Assembly (NCBI GenBank): GCA_038153405.1
Contig: JAYOYH010000015.1
Coordinates: 38,289 to 102,253 of the forward strand
Length of the DNA stretch: 63,965 nucleotides
Direction: 5' to 3'
Source: Gemmatimonadota bacterium
Lineage (GTDB): Bacteria; Latescibacterota; UBA2968; UBA8231
Shown here: piece after piece, positions 1 through 9,096 of the stretch
How positions within the stretch are numbered: the stretch's first letter is position 1
Layout: every line of letters starts with the position of its first letter
The notes under the pieces: generated by a model
Seen by the model: only the letters and a program-made list of their open reading frames with translations
The model's database searches: none
Told to the model about the DNA's origin: nothing
Position numbers and translations under genes: made by a program

Positions 1-200
1 CGCCTGTGGCGCGCCGCCGGTGGGGGCCTGTGGGGGTTGCCCGCCCCGGGGGCCGGGGCCATTTTGGGGGCGGGGGCGGGGGGTGCGTTGCCCCCCGCCC
101 CCCGCGTCCTGCTTGCATACTATCTATGCGCCGTGCAATAATACGGAAAACAGGGCTGTTTTCCCATGGCAATGCGCAGAGGTGGATTAGCTGCTGGCGA

Positions 201-594
201 ATGTGCGCTTGTTTAGAGATCGTGAGAAAAATCGAGCGCTTTTCCCATATCGACGCAGAAGAGGTCAAAAAATCTTGGCGCTGGGCGTGAGAAAGCGGCG
301 CGAAGTGGGCGAACTCGGTAGCCGCAAGAGCGAGCGCTCGACCTCCTTTGGCATCGTACTGATCGGGGAAATTGGCGTGTATGGTGACGGCGACAAGAGA
401 ATGGAGCATCTGTAGACGGGCGATAGAGTGCATTCGATTGGCACCGTTCTCCGCAGCCCGAAGCGGGTGACGTCGCGCGCCTGGTGCAGTACTGTTCCAC
501 GCTCGGCGTACGTTCGCTGCGTTCGTCGGACCTGCTGTTATACGCAAAAATTATAGAGCGCATCTTAGAGTTGGCCGAACGGCTCATCGCATAG
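201..594 (+). pseudogene. degenerate cyclic-nucleotide-binding (Crp-like) domain gene, split over three frames with an internal stop
   Basis: Joined frames read LEIVRKIERFSHIDAEEVKK / ILALGVRKRREVGELGSRKSERSTSFGIVLIGEIGVYGDGDKRMEHL*TGD ... / SDLLLYAKIIERILELAERLIA*, which follows the cNMP-domain pattern. Frameshift in the A6 run at 267-272; TAG at 413-415. Confidence 0.5.
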
Positions 595-634
595 ATGGTG
601 CCCGATATGAAACCTACAGAGGAGTAACTGCACC

Positions 635-1777
635 ATGTCAGAAGGTAGAACGCTCGACGCGCACCTGCGCATTCCCTACTCCATTTCCACGGGCATTGCC
701 AGCGGCGGCGACGCCGAAATCGAGGGTTATCTACAGTCGCTGCGCCTGCAGGGTTTTTGCGTTATTGATCGCGTGATTCCCCAAGACGGGGTCGAAGCGG
801 CGCGCCAGAGCGTGCTCGAGGGGCGTGCGCTGCTGCAGGAGGACCGGGCCAGGGAACGCGAAAGGCGCATTGCTTGGGCGCGCGAGCGCGATCCCGATGT
901 CGAACTGGGCGATGGCCCCGTGCGCCCTCCAGCACCGCCGCTAGCCGAGATCTGCGACGTTGCGCGCTGCGCAGTATTCGCCCAACATCTGGCCGAGGCG
1001 CGCGTGCTAAAAGTGGCCAGAGCGATGCTCGATCCACACGTGCGCATTATGCAGACGGAAGTCAATAAATCGTCGCGACCAGCCCAGCAGCCGATTACCG
1101 ACCAGCAGCGGCAGCGGCGCGGTTGGCATTCCGACTGGCCGCACGACCTGACGGCCTACGGGCCGAATGAGGAGCATCCGTGGAAGCACTGCGGCGCGGT
1201 GGCCCAGCCCTTTCCCGACGTCTGCATGGCGCTGTCGACGATCTGGTATCTCGGCCCCGAAGACGTGACGCCGCACAACGGCGGCACCTGGGTGGTGCCC
1301 GGCTCGCACAAGGACCCGCGCAATCCGCGTGGCCCCGACGACGGCATCGACCAGTGGGCGCCCATTCCGGGTGAACTGCAGATCTCAGCGCCGGTCGGCT
1401 CGGTCTATTTGCAGGACACGCGCGTCTGGCATTCGACGGCGCTCAACCAGAGCGAGCACGAGCGCACGGCGGTGGTGTGTCGCTATGCGCCGTGGTGGCT
1501 GTCGGGCAACGAGTTTTGCAACCTGCACTCGGGCGGACATGCGCTGCGCACCTATGTGCCGCGGGAAGTATACGAACGGTTTTCACCGGAGCTACAGCTG
1601 CTCTATCGCCATCTGGCCGAAGGGGTGGAAGACGTGCTACAGCCAGAAAGTCAGCATCGGGCTATCCGTGCTCAGGGTTTGCGCTTAGCTGAGCGAGCGG
1701 TAGACAATAGCCACATAGTCGTCGGTGCGATGAGCAGAGAGGAATGGGCACGCCGCAATGCGGCCAATGCCCCATAG
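635..1777 (+). CDS. phytanoyl-CoA dioxygenase (PhyH) family Fe(II)/2OG oxygenase
   Basis: GF.VI motif, WHSD (HxD), GGTWVVPGSHK, distal VWHS..N; GAGGAG RBS upstream. Confidence 0.9.
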   Translation: MSEGRTLDAHLRIPYSISTGIASGGDAEIEGYLQSLRLQGFCVIDRVIPQDGVEAARQSVLEGRALLQEDRARERERRIAWARERDPDVELGDGPVRPPAPPLAEICDVARCAVFAQHLAEARVLKVARAMLDPHVRIMQTEVNKSSRPAQQPITDQQRQRRGWHSDWPHDLTAYGPNEEHPWKHCGAVAQPFPDVCMALSTIWYLGPEDVTPHNGGTWVVPGSHKDPRNPRGPDDGIDQWAPIPGELQISAPVGSVYLQDTRVWHSTALNQSEHERTAVVCRYAPWWLSGNEFCNLHSGGHALRTYVPREVYERFSPELQLLYRHLAEGVEDVLQPESQHRAIRAQGLRLAERAVDNSHIVVGAMSREEWARRNAANAP

Positions 1778-1787
1778 GCATCAGCGA

Positions 1788-3971
1788 ATGAAGCGACAAA
1801 TATATTTGGACTATGCCTACCAGGTTGCGGACTTAATCTGGCAGGACTACGACGCCCTCCGACACCAAGCCATTGAAAAGGGCAAAGCCGCACTGCGCGA
1901 TCAGGGCAAGCTGCAAAATACCTTTCAGTTTGTTGGCACCGTCGCGCCCGCTGAGGCGAGGCGTTATAGACAGACGGGTGAAGTGCGCTATATGGAACGG
2001 GCAAAACGCTACGTGCTCGACGTGTATGACGTGTATCACACGCTGAAGACCTATCAGGAAGCAGAACGTATTGCGCTCCGCAACGCAGACTTCCCAACCC
2101 TTGGCTGGATGTTCGAGCCCGAGCCCTATATCAGCACGTATAATGAGATCAAGGATATAGCCGACTTTACGGATGAGGAAACCGCCTACGTCGAGACCGT
2201 CGTCGAGCTGGCGATGCGGCCGATTGAACGGATGCCGGAGTACGGGCCGATGAATCGCAGTATGCTGCGTGCCCTTAACCTAGCGGCGGCCGGTTCGTCG
2301 TTTCCCGAGCACGAGGAAGCCGCGAAATGGCTGAAGATGGGGCGCCATATTTTTGCAGACAGTTTGAATAAGTGGTCGATGGAGGATTCCGGGGCGTATC
2401 AGGGCATTTGGCTATACAGCTTTATTGCGTATAACGAGTATGTTCCCACGGTGCGCACGGAAGAGAACTATGTCGTCAAACACTATGCCGATTTATGGGC
2501 AAGACTGGTCACACCGCTCGGATTCATTCCCGATTACGGAGATTGGGACCTGGCTGAGGATTGGGTTCATATCGCAGCTGTCATGGAAAAATGCGCTACC
2601 CTTTATCACTCCGCTGAACTCAAGTACGCTGTTAACCGCTTCACTGAAGCGCAGGTTGGCCACGCCTCCGGGCTCGCGGGAGGCATAGAACGCTTTCTGC
2701 GGCAGTTGGTTTCTGCCCACGATTGGTCGAATGATGATCTGGCAGAACGGCAACCTCCACCGCATTCCCAAGAAGCGTGTGACGACACAATTGGCAAGAA
2801 ATGCGTCTTCCGCAATGGCTGGGATCGCGCGAGCTCGTATTTGCTGCTCAATTATCGGGATGAGCCGGAGACGAACGAGATCTATCGAAAAAACCTGACG
2901 CTTACTATTCCAGTCAAAGCGGAGAAAACGCATCACGGCCACAGCGACGAAAACGCTCTTTGCATGCTCGTCGCGCAAGAACGCATCCTACTGGCCGAAA
3001 GCGGTTATCGGAAGGGGTCTGAACGAGACTGCACGTATCGGAGCGACTATTACCACAATAAGCTCATCGTTCGTAAGGGCGTCACCAAGATGTATTCGTT
3101 CTTTGATCACATCATTGACTTTGGCGAGTATAATCCCGTGCGGACGGAGCGCATTTATTTTTACCGTTTCGACGAGGTTGACTGTTCGAGAACGCGTTTA
3201 TACGACACCCGCAATGCGGCGGTGTGCGATAGAATCGTCTATTACCTGAAGAAAGAAGGCTGCTTTATCGTCAATGACGTCGTCTTACCTCAGGAAGACG
3301 GCAGTTACACGGTTGGGCCCGTCTACCACGCCCAAGATATCAAACCGGCAGGTAGCAGCAGTTATGTATTGAGCCAGACGGAAATTAGCAGGGGACAGGA
3401 GTTAACGTACACGCAGCCAGATGACGTGAAGCTCTATTTGCACTTCCCGATGAATGAATACGATGTTGAGTTGCAGGCGATAGACCGTGCCTATCGAAAC
3501 CAAATGACAGTAAGTCAGTTTTTTGCGGGGTATGCGAACAATCAGTTTCCGCTGTTTTTTTCTTCGGTGCTATATCCGAGCCAACAGGGTAAGCCGTCTT
3601 TTTTCGACTCATTTAATTACCAGAAGAAGCCCAAAGGAGTGGGCCTTCAGTTTTCTATTGGTGAACGGTGCTACACGCTTTTTGATCGATACTGCTACGA
3701 GTCCAAGATAGAAGATCTGAACAAGCGCCCTGCGTATTCCTTCGATGCGGGTCGAGAGCACGTTTTTGAACTCGAGACGGATGCCTATTCCGCCTTGACC
3801 ATTCAAGATAGCGACTCTGCGTACTTTTGCTGCGTCGACTTTAGCACGTTGATCTATAAGGGCAGATCTTTCTTCGAGATGGAGGCGATGGAACAGCTGC
3901 AGTTGGATTTCAAGGATCCCCTTAAGCGAACAACGAGCTGGAGCAATTGGGATGACCGAGTTCAAATGTAG
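1788..3971 (+). CDS. heparinase II/III-like polysaccharide lyase family protein, no signal peptide
   Basis: PDYGD, FRNGW and HHGHSDEN motifs, then ESGY and YHNKL, as in the Hepar_II_III C-terminal region. ATG 1788 chosen to avoid overlap with the upstream gene. Confidence 0.65.
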   Translation: MKRQIYLDYAYQVADLIWQDYDALRHQAIEKGKAALRDQGKLQNTFQFVGTVAPAEARRYRQTGEVRYMERAKRYVLDVYDVYHTLKTYQEAERIALRNADFPTLGWMFEPEPYISTYNEIKDIADFTDEETAYVETVVELAMRPIERMPEYGPMNRSMLRALNLAAAGSSFPEHEEAAKWLKMGRHIFADSLNKWSMEDSGAYQGIWLYSFIAYNEYVPTVRTEENYVVKHYADLWARLVTPLGFIPDYGDWDLAEDWVHIAAVMEKCATLYHSAELKYAVNRFTEAQVGHASGLAGGIERFLRQLVSAHDWSNDDLAERQPPPHSQEACDDTIGKKCVFRNGWDRASSYLLLNYRDEPETNEIYRKNLTLTIPVKAEKTHHGHSDENALCMLVAQERILLAESGYRKGSERDCTYRSDYYHNKLIVRKGVTKMYSFFDHIIDFGEYNPVRTERIYFYRFDEVDCSRTRLYDTRNAAVCDRIVYYLKKEGCFIVNDVVLPQEDGSYTVGPVYHAQDIKPAGSSSYVLSQTEISRGQELTYTQPDDVKLYLHFPMNEYDVELQAIDRAYRNQMTVSQFFAGYANNQFPLFFSSVLYPSQQGKPSFFDSFNYQKKPKGVGLQFSIGERCYTLFDRYCYESKIEDLNKRPAYSFDAGREHVFELETDAYSALTIQDSDSAYFCCVDFSTLIYKGRSFFEMEAMEQLQLDFKDPLKRTTSWSNWDDRVQM

Positions 3972-4112
3972 AGCGCTTGCGGCTCAAATAGCAGCTTTCC
4001 CCAACGTACTACTCATCAGGCTCGTAGGCGTACACAAGGGCTTTCCCATCTGAGTGCGTCGCCGCAACGCGACGGGATAGGTCTGAACGGATTTATTCGG
4101 GTAGTAAAGGGG

Positions 4113-5030
4113 CTACGGCGTGAAGGGCTCGCCCGTGCGTCGCAGTGCCTTGGTGATGGCGATCTGGCAGGTGGCGTAGTTGCCCATGTAGCCGGTGGCA
4201 AAGCCGGGGCGCGCATCGCCAATGGTTCCGACGATCATATTGGCGTACTCGTAGGTGGTGTCGTAGCGGTCGATGAGTAGGGCGACCATCTCCAGCCAGG
4301 CGTGGCGCAGGGCCTCGCCCCAGGTCTCGGCCCGAGCGCTGGTCAACCACTCTTCGGGGCTTTCGACGACGCGCGTTTTTTCTACGATGGGCGCGCTGCA
4401 GGGAAAGCCGGGTGAGCGACTGACCTTGAGAGTGATGGCCGCGTCAATTTCGACGCCGGCTCCGGTCAGTTCGCCGTCGCCCATGCGCGCATGCACATCG
4501 CCCAGCGAGAGTTCGCCGCCGGGCTTTTGCGCGCGGATGTGTACTGTGCTGCCGGGTTGAATGGCGTTAAAGTCCATATTGCCGCCGTGGTCGATGGCGT
4601 TGGGCGCCCATGACGCCAGTTGGATTACGCCGATCATGGGTCGGACGGGCACGACGAAATCGGGCGGAAAATGCACCCATCCATCGCGCACGGGGGCCAG
4701 GCAGCGCCAGTTGCCCCAATTGGGACCGCCGTTGCGATAAAATCCGTAGGGCCCTACTTCGATGTCGATGATTTCGATGGCGACCCAGTCGTCGGGTTCG
4801 ATGCCTTCTATGAGGAAGGGGCCGCCCGGTCGGGCGTAGCGCCGGTGGCTGGCTCCCGATATGATCTGCCCCGCTTTGAGAAAGCCGGCGGCCTCGTAGT
4901 CGTTATCGGCTCCGCCTAAGGTCTCTATGACGACCGTTTCTCCCAGTTCGAGCGTGCCGCGCACCTGACCAATAGCCGGATCATCTGGACCGCTGTAATG
5001 GGGTATTCGCTTAAAGTGTCGCACGGGCAA
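4113..5030 (-). CDS. acetamidase/formamidase family protein
   Basis: GP..IEG.EP.D, PMIGVI, HGGNMD and GDVHARMGDGE motifs. Confidence 0.9.
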   Translation of the reverse strand: MPVRHFKRIPHYSGPDDPAIGQVRGTLELGETVVIETLGGADNDYEAAGFLKAGQIISGASHRRYARPGGPFLIEGIEPDDWVAIEIIDIEVGPYGFYRNGGPNWGNWRCLAPVRDGWVHFPPDFVVPVRPMIGVIQLASWAPNAIDHGGNMDFNAIQPGSTVHIRAQKPGGELSLGDVHARMGDGELTGAGVEIDAAITLKVSRSPGFPCSAPIVEKTRVVESPEEWLTSARAETWGEALRHAWLEMVALLIDRYDTTYEYANMIVGTIGDARPGFATGYMGNYATCQIAITKALRRTGEPFTP

Positions 5031-5050
5031 ACTACTATCTGCCGGGGGCG

Positions 5051-5359
5051 TTATATGATCAGCGTCTTACAGGCGAGCTGTTGAAAAGCAGCTTCGAGGC
5101 CGCTGGGTGCGGCGTTGCGCATGCGGTCGAGTAGCAGGTTCTCAATCAGCTTTCCCGGCTCGATATGCTCGGCCGCGCAGTAGTCGTGCAGCGCTTGCAG
5201 AACGCTTTGGTCGATGTCAAAGTGCGCGGGTTCTCTTATACCGCTCTCCCGGATTTTAGCCATGGCCTCGCGTGCGCGCTCGCGCTCGACGAGGCGCACA
5301 AGGATTTCGGTATCCTCGGTCGATAGAGATCCAAGAGCCGAAAAATCTATTTTTTCCAT
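5051..5359 (-). CDS. small hypothetical protein, C-terminal half ribbon-helix-helix-like
   Basis: GGAGG RBS before ATG 5359; AHFDIDQSVLQALHDYCAAEHIEPGKLIENLL has an RHH-like beta-alpha-alpha pattern. Confidence 0.55.
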   Translation of the reverse strand: MEKIDFSALGSLSTEDTEILVRLVERERAREAMAKIRESGIREPAHFDIDQSVLQALHDYCAAEHIEPGKLIENLLLDRMRNAAPSGLEAAFQQLACKTLII

Positions 5360-5648
5360 CGACAACCTCCCCTAGTATTTGACGTGTGATAAAGATACAA
5401 CCGTCCGCCTATTTCGGCTCGTCCATTTTGTTGGGTGCGATCGGACTGCGCTCACCTGGTCACAGATGCGTTGACTGGGGGGCAGCGCCAGCTTTTCGAG
5501 AAAAGAGCGAAAAAAATGTGCGCTGGCAATGTCGTATGGCGAGGCGGGTGCCTACATTAAAGTGATTAGAAAAAACCGATCTAGCGATGTTTTTAAGCAG
5601 AAGTAAAACGCGCTGATATTCCCGTATTCCCGATGGAGAAAACGGACG

Positions 5649-8162
5649 ATGTCCAATCCTGCTAAGGTTAGGGCGCACTACCGACACCTGCGCGAGCGCG
5701 CGTACGAAGTGATGGAAGTCGCCGTGCCCGGCGATGTCTTTAGTCGCGTGCTCAACATAGGAATTATGGCGCTTGTGCTCATTAACGTCGCGGCATTCGC
5801 CCTTAGCTTTGTCGATCGTCTGCAGCCCTACGGAGCCTACTTCGGACTAACCGAGACGATCTCCGTCACCCTATTTACGGTTGAGTATCTGCTGCGCCTG
5901 TGGTCGTGTGTGGCCTCGGCGCGCCACGCCCATCCGCTGGTCGGTCGTCTGCGCTTTGCCCTGCGCCCTATGATGCTCGTCGACCTGCTGGCAGTATTGC
6001 CCTATTACCTGCCGTTCGTATTGGCGCTGGACCTGCGCCTGCTGCGCTTGCTGCGCCTGGCCCGCCTGCTGCGCCTTTTTAAGCTGGCGCGCTACCTGAA
6101 AGAGCCGCCGCCTGACGAGTCGGCCGTCGGCGACCTGCTCAACGCGTATCAGCGCCAGATGGCACAGCTGCGTGGACAGCTGACGGCGCTGCGCGACGAG
6201 AATATGGCGTTGCGCCGCCAGCAAATAGACGGCGCCATTGCCGATATGCGCAGAGCGCAGCAGCTCTGGCAGGTGCGCCTGCGCCGCAGCGCCGTCGAGG
6301 GGAGTGAGCGCGAGGCCATTGAAGCACCCATCGATGTGCTGGCCGCCGCGCTGGCCGAGGGGCAGTGGCTGGAGGACATAGCCCGTCAAAACGGAGCGAT
6401 TTACGGTCGAGCAGCTACGCTGTTTGACGAGGCACCCGAGGCCGCCGCGCTAGGTGTCGATATTGGTTGGAAAAGTATCCGCAGCTTTACCCGCGTGCCC
6501 GTGCGGCGCATTGGCACGCACCACTTTCGCGGTCTTGACGCGCTGCACGGCGCGGCCTTTGCACGCTTCAGCCGCTCCTATGCCGAAGAGGCGCGTCGTC
6601 GGCTCGAAGCGGTGCGCACGGCCGTCAGCTATGCCCTAGATCAGGGTGAAAGAGAAATAGGTGGCAGTTTTTCGCAGGAGGTGCGCATCAGTCTGAACCG
6701 CGCCACCAACCGCCTGCGCGATCTGGGCGATCCGGTGCGCGCCGCTTGGGATGGTCTGATCTGGGAGCTGCAGGACGAGCAGCAAAGCCGCATTGAACGC
6801 GTGCAGGTCGATATTGCTCGCTATGGCAGCGCGATGTTTTACGTCGGTCGCGCTTGGCGCTCCATCGACGTGGGGTCGCGCCGCCTGCGCGAGCGTGCGA
6901 TTGATCTGTTCTACGCATTCCTGCCGCGCATTCGCTCTGCGCTGCTCAATGCCTATCGGCGAGTTAGCAGTCAGGTTGAACCGGCGCTCTATTGGTTGGG
7001 TCTGATAAAGGCCGAAGCGCGCGAGGTGCTCGAAGCCATCGATCAGGCGCAAATGACCCCGCGTCAGGATCTGGCCGAGGATTATCGCAAGCACTTCACG
7101 TTTGCGCCGTTGCAAAATGACGATCTGTTCGTGGGCTTCGACGAAGAGTTGGCGCTTATCGATCAAGCGATACAGCGCTGGGAAGATGGGTTAACTACGT
7201 CGTTTATCGTGCACGGCCAGCGCGGCTCGGGCAAGACGACACTCCTCAATGTTGCTCAGGAGCGCCTCTTTGAAGACGACCAGATTGTCGTGCGCGCTTC
7301 CGTCGACGAAAAGATCGTCGAAGTAGATGCGCTAGTTCGCTACCTGAGTAGCCTACTAGAGTTTGGCGAAGTCGACGATATGGAATCGCTGGCTCAGCAC
7401 CTGTTACAGGAGCCGCCCAAGGCCATCCTACTCGAGAGCTGCCACAATCTATTTCTGCGCAAGATCGGTGGGTTGGAAGCGATGCACCACCTGCTATGGC
7501 TGATTGCCCGCACCAATCACCACGTGCTGTGGGGCATATGCATGGGGCGCCACGCGCGCGACTATCTGACCAAGTTTCTCGCGCTCGACCAGCTGTTTCA
7601 CTTTGAGGTGCGGATCAGTGCTTGGGAACCGAGCGAGCTGCGGCAGCTACTGCTGCTGCGCCACGACCAAAGCGGCTACAGCAATAGCTTTTTGCTCGAT
7701 GAGGGTTTGGAACGCGTGCTGCGCCGTCGGCTGCGCCACTGGCGACGGGTCGAAGAGCCAGCCGTACAGGAAGTACTCGAGCGAATATTCTTTGAAGAAC
7801 TGGCCGAGATTAGCGGCGACAATATCCTCGTGGCGCTGTATTATTGGCTGCGCTCCCTGCAGGCGAGCGGACGCGACCACTACGCCGTGCAGCCCCTGCG
7901 CGAATTGGATCTGGACCTGGTAAAATCGATCACGCTCGAACAGGCCTTTATCCTGGCGGCGGTGCTGCACCACGACAATCTCAGCGCGCAGGAAACGGCG
8001 GAGATTCTCGATGCCAACGCGGTGCAGACGCGGCTCATGCTGGAAATATTGGACAACTTCAATATCCTGGACTTCGATGCGCAAACGCGGCGCTATCGCG
8101 TCAATCCAGTGGTGTTGCACTCGGTGAGCGATATGCTGCGCGAGCGCAACCTGCTCTACTAA
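5649..8162 (+). CDS. voltage-sensor (S1-S4) domain fused to a coiled-coil region, a P-loop (AAA/STAND-like) NTPase and a C-terminal winged-helix-like region; no pore domain
   Basis: S2 FTVEYLLRLW, S3 VDLLAVLPYY, S4 RLLRLLRLARLLRLFKLAR (6036-6092); FVG..EEL and Walker A GQRGSGKTT (from 7215); no TVGYG pore. Confidence 0.85.
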   Translation: MSNPAKVRAHYRHLRERAYEVMEVAVPGDVFSRVLNIGIMALVLINVAAFALSFVDRLQPYGAYFGLTETISVTLFTVEYLLRLWSCVASARHAHPLVGRLRFALRPMMLVDLLAVLPYYLPFVLALDLRLLRLLRLARLLRLFKLARYLKEPPPDESAVGDLLNAYQRQMAQLRGQLTALRDENMALRRQQIDGAIADMRRAQQLWQVRLRRSAVEGSEREAIEAPIDVLAAALAEGQWLEDIARQNGAIYGRAATLFDEAPEAAALGVDIGWKSIRSFTRVPVRRIGTHHFRGLDALHGAAFARFSRSYAEEARRRLEAVRTAVSYALDQGEREIGGSFSQEVRISLNRATNRLRDLGDPVRAAWDGLIWELQDEQQSRIERVQVDIARYGSAMFYVGRAWRSIDVGSRRLRERAIDLFYAFLPRIRSALLNAYRRVSSQVEPALYWLGLIKAEAREVLEAIDQAQMTPRQDLAEDYRKHFTFAPLQNDDLFVGFDEELALIDQAIQRWEDGLTTSFIVHGQRGSGKTTLLNVAQERLFEDDQIVVRASVDEKIVEVDALVRYLSSLLEFGEVDDMESLAQHLLQEPPKAILLESCHNLFLRKIGGLEAMHHLLWLIARTNHHVLWGICMGRHARDYLTKFLALDQLFHFEVRISAWEPSELRQLLLLRHDQSGYSNSFLLDEGLERVLRRRLRHWRRVEEPAVQEVLERIFFEELAEISGDNILVALYYWLRSLQASGRDHYAVQPLRELDLDLVKSITLEQAFILAAVLHHDNLSAQETAEILDANAVQTRLMLEILDNFNILDFDAQTRRYRVNPVVLHSVSDMLRERNLLY

Positions 8163-8176
8163 AAGCGAGATTACCC

Positions 8177-9004
8177 ATGGAGACGTCCGTGCTGGAGGCG
8201 GGGACCGGAGGGCCGATTAATATCACTGTTGGCAAGGTGCTATTGCTGGCCTTTGTCGTGCTGTGTGCCTATGGAATAAATAGCGGAATTAACTTTCTGC
8301 TCGAGCGCCTTGCCGAGCGCCTGCCGGCACAGCGGTTGCTGTTCAAGCGCCTGATTCCCATCTTGCGTCTTTGCGTCTATGCTCTCACCATATATATCGG
8401 CGTGACGGTTGTCAGTCCGCAGCGCGAATCGCTCTACGCTATGCTCGGTTCGATGGCGCTGGCGCTAGGGTTAGCGGCCAAGGATCTGCTGACGGATATC
8501 ATCGGTGGCATTGTCGTGCTGTTTGACCGCTCTTTCCAGGTGGGCGATCGCGTCGCCGTCGGCGGCTACTACGGCGAGGTCGTCTCCATCGGCCTGCGCT
8601 CGACGAAGATTGTCACCGTAGACGATTCGCTGGTCACCGTGCCCAACTCGACGGTGCTTTCTTCTGCCGTGTCCAATACCAATGCCGGAGCCATCGACTG
8701 CCAAGTCGTCGTCGATATATACCTTCCGGCCGACTCCGATCTGACGCAGGTGGAAACCATTGCGCGCGAAGCGGTGCTGACCTCTAAGCTGGCCTATCTG
8801 AACAAGCCCGTGGTCGTCAACGTAAAAGACGAGTTCAAAGAGACCTACCTGACGCACCTCATCGTCAAAGCCTACGTCTTCGACACGCGCTACGAGAACG
8901 CCTTTGCCGCCGATTTGACGCGGCGCATTAAAAAAGAGCTAACGCGCCGCGCGCTTGTGCCGAGCGATGGGCGCTTTGCTCCGAGCCCGGCGCTGGGTGC
9001 TTAG
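8177..9004 (+). CDS. mscS: small-conductance mechanosensitive channel (MscS family)
   Basis: ALGLAAKDLLTDIIGG...FQVGDRV..GGYYGEV.SIGLRST...VTVPNS signature; starts 14 nt after the upstream stop. Confidence 0.93.
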   Translation: METSVLEAGTGGPINITVGKVLLLAFVVLCAYGINSGINFLLERLAERLPAQRLLFKRLIPILRLCVYALTIYIGVTVVSPQRESLYAMLGSMALALGLAAKDLLTDIIGGIVVLFDRSFQVGDRVAVGGYYGEVVSIGLRSTKIVTVDDSLVTVPNSTVLSSAVSNTNAGAIDCQVVVDIYLPADSDLTQVETIAREAVLTSKLAYLNKPVVVNVKDEFKETYLTHLIVKAYVFDTRYENAFAADLTRRIKKELTRRALVPSDGRFAPSPALGA

Positions 9005-9011
9005 GGCACTG

Positions 9012-9056
9012 ATTTACAAAAGCGACGGGGCCGGATATGCATCCGGCCCCGTCGCT
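9012..9056 (-). terminator. rho-independent terminator of groEL, probably also used by the convergent mscS
   Basis: Perfect 16-bp inverted repeat AGCGACGGGGCCGGAT-atgc-ATCCGGCCCCGTCGCT (9021-9056), followed on the minus strand by TTTGTAAAT. Confidence 0.85.
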
Positions 9057-9096
9057 GCGTCTACTGCATCTACCGTGCGCGCTGAGCGCAGCCCGT

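Noticed and set aside
1..110. Extremely G/C-run-rich stretch with a G-run/C-run hairpin and G-quadruplex-like tracts; ORF 6..290
   Set aside because: It is at the window edge, low complexity and unlike the rest of the sequence, so most likely low-quality contig-end sequence. The ORF's N-terminus is compositional noise.
6033..6080. 9-nt CTGCGCCTG-like tandem repeat
   Set aside because: It simply encodes the RLL repeats of the S4 voltage-sensor helix and is not an independent DNA repeat.
7844..8176. 111-aa N-terminal extension of MscS in the ORF track
   Set aside because: It overlaps the upstream gene in another frame and has shadow-ORF composition; ATG 8177 is the plausible start.
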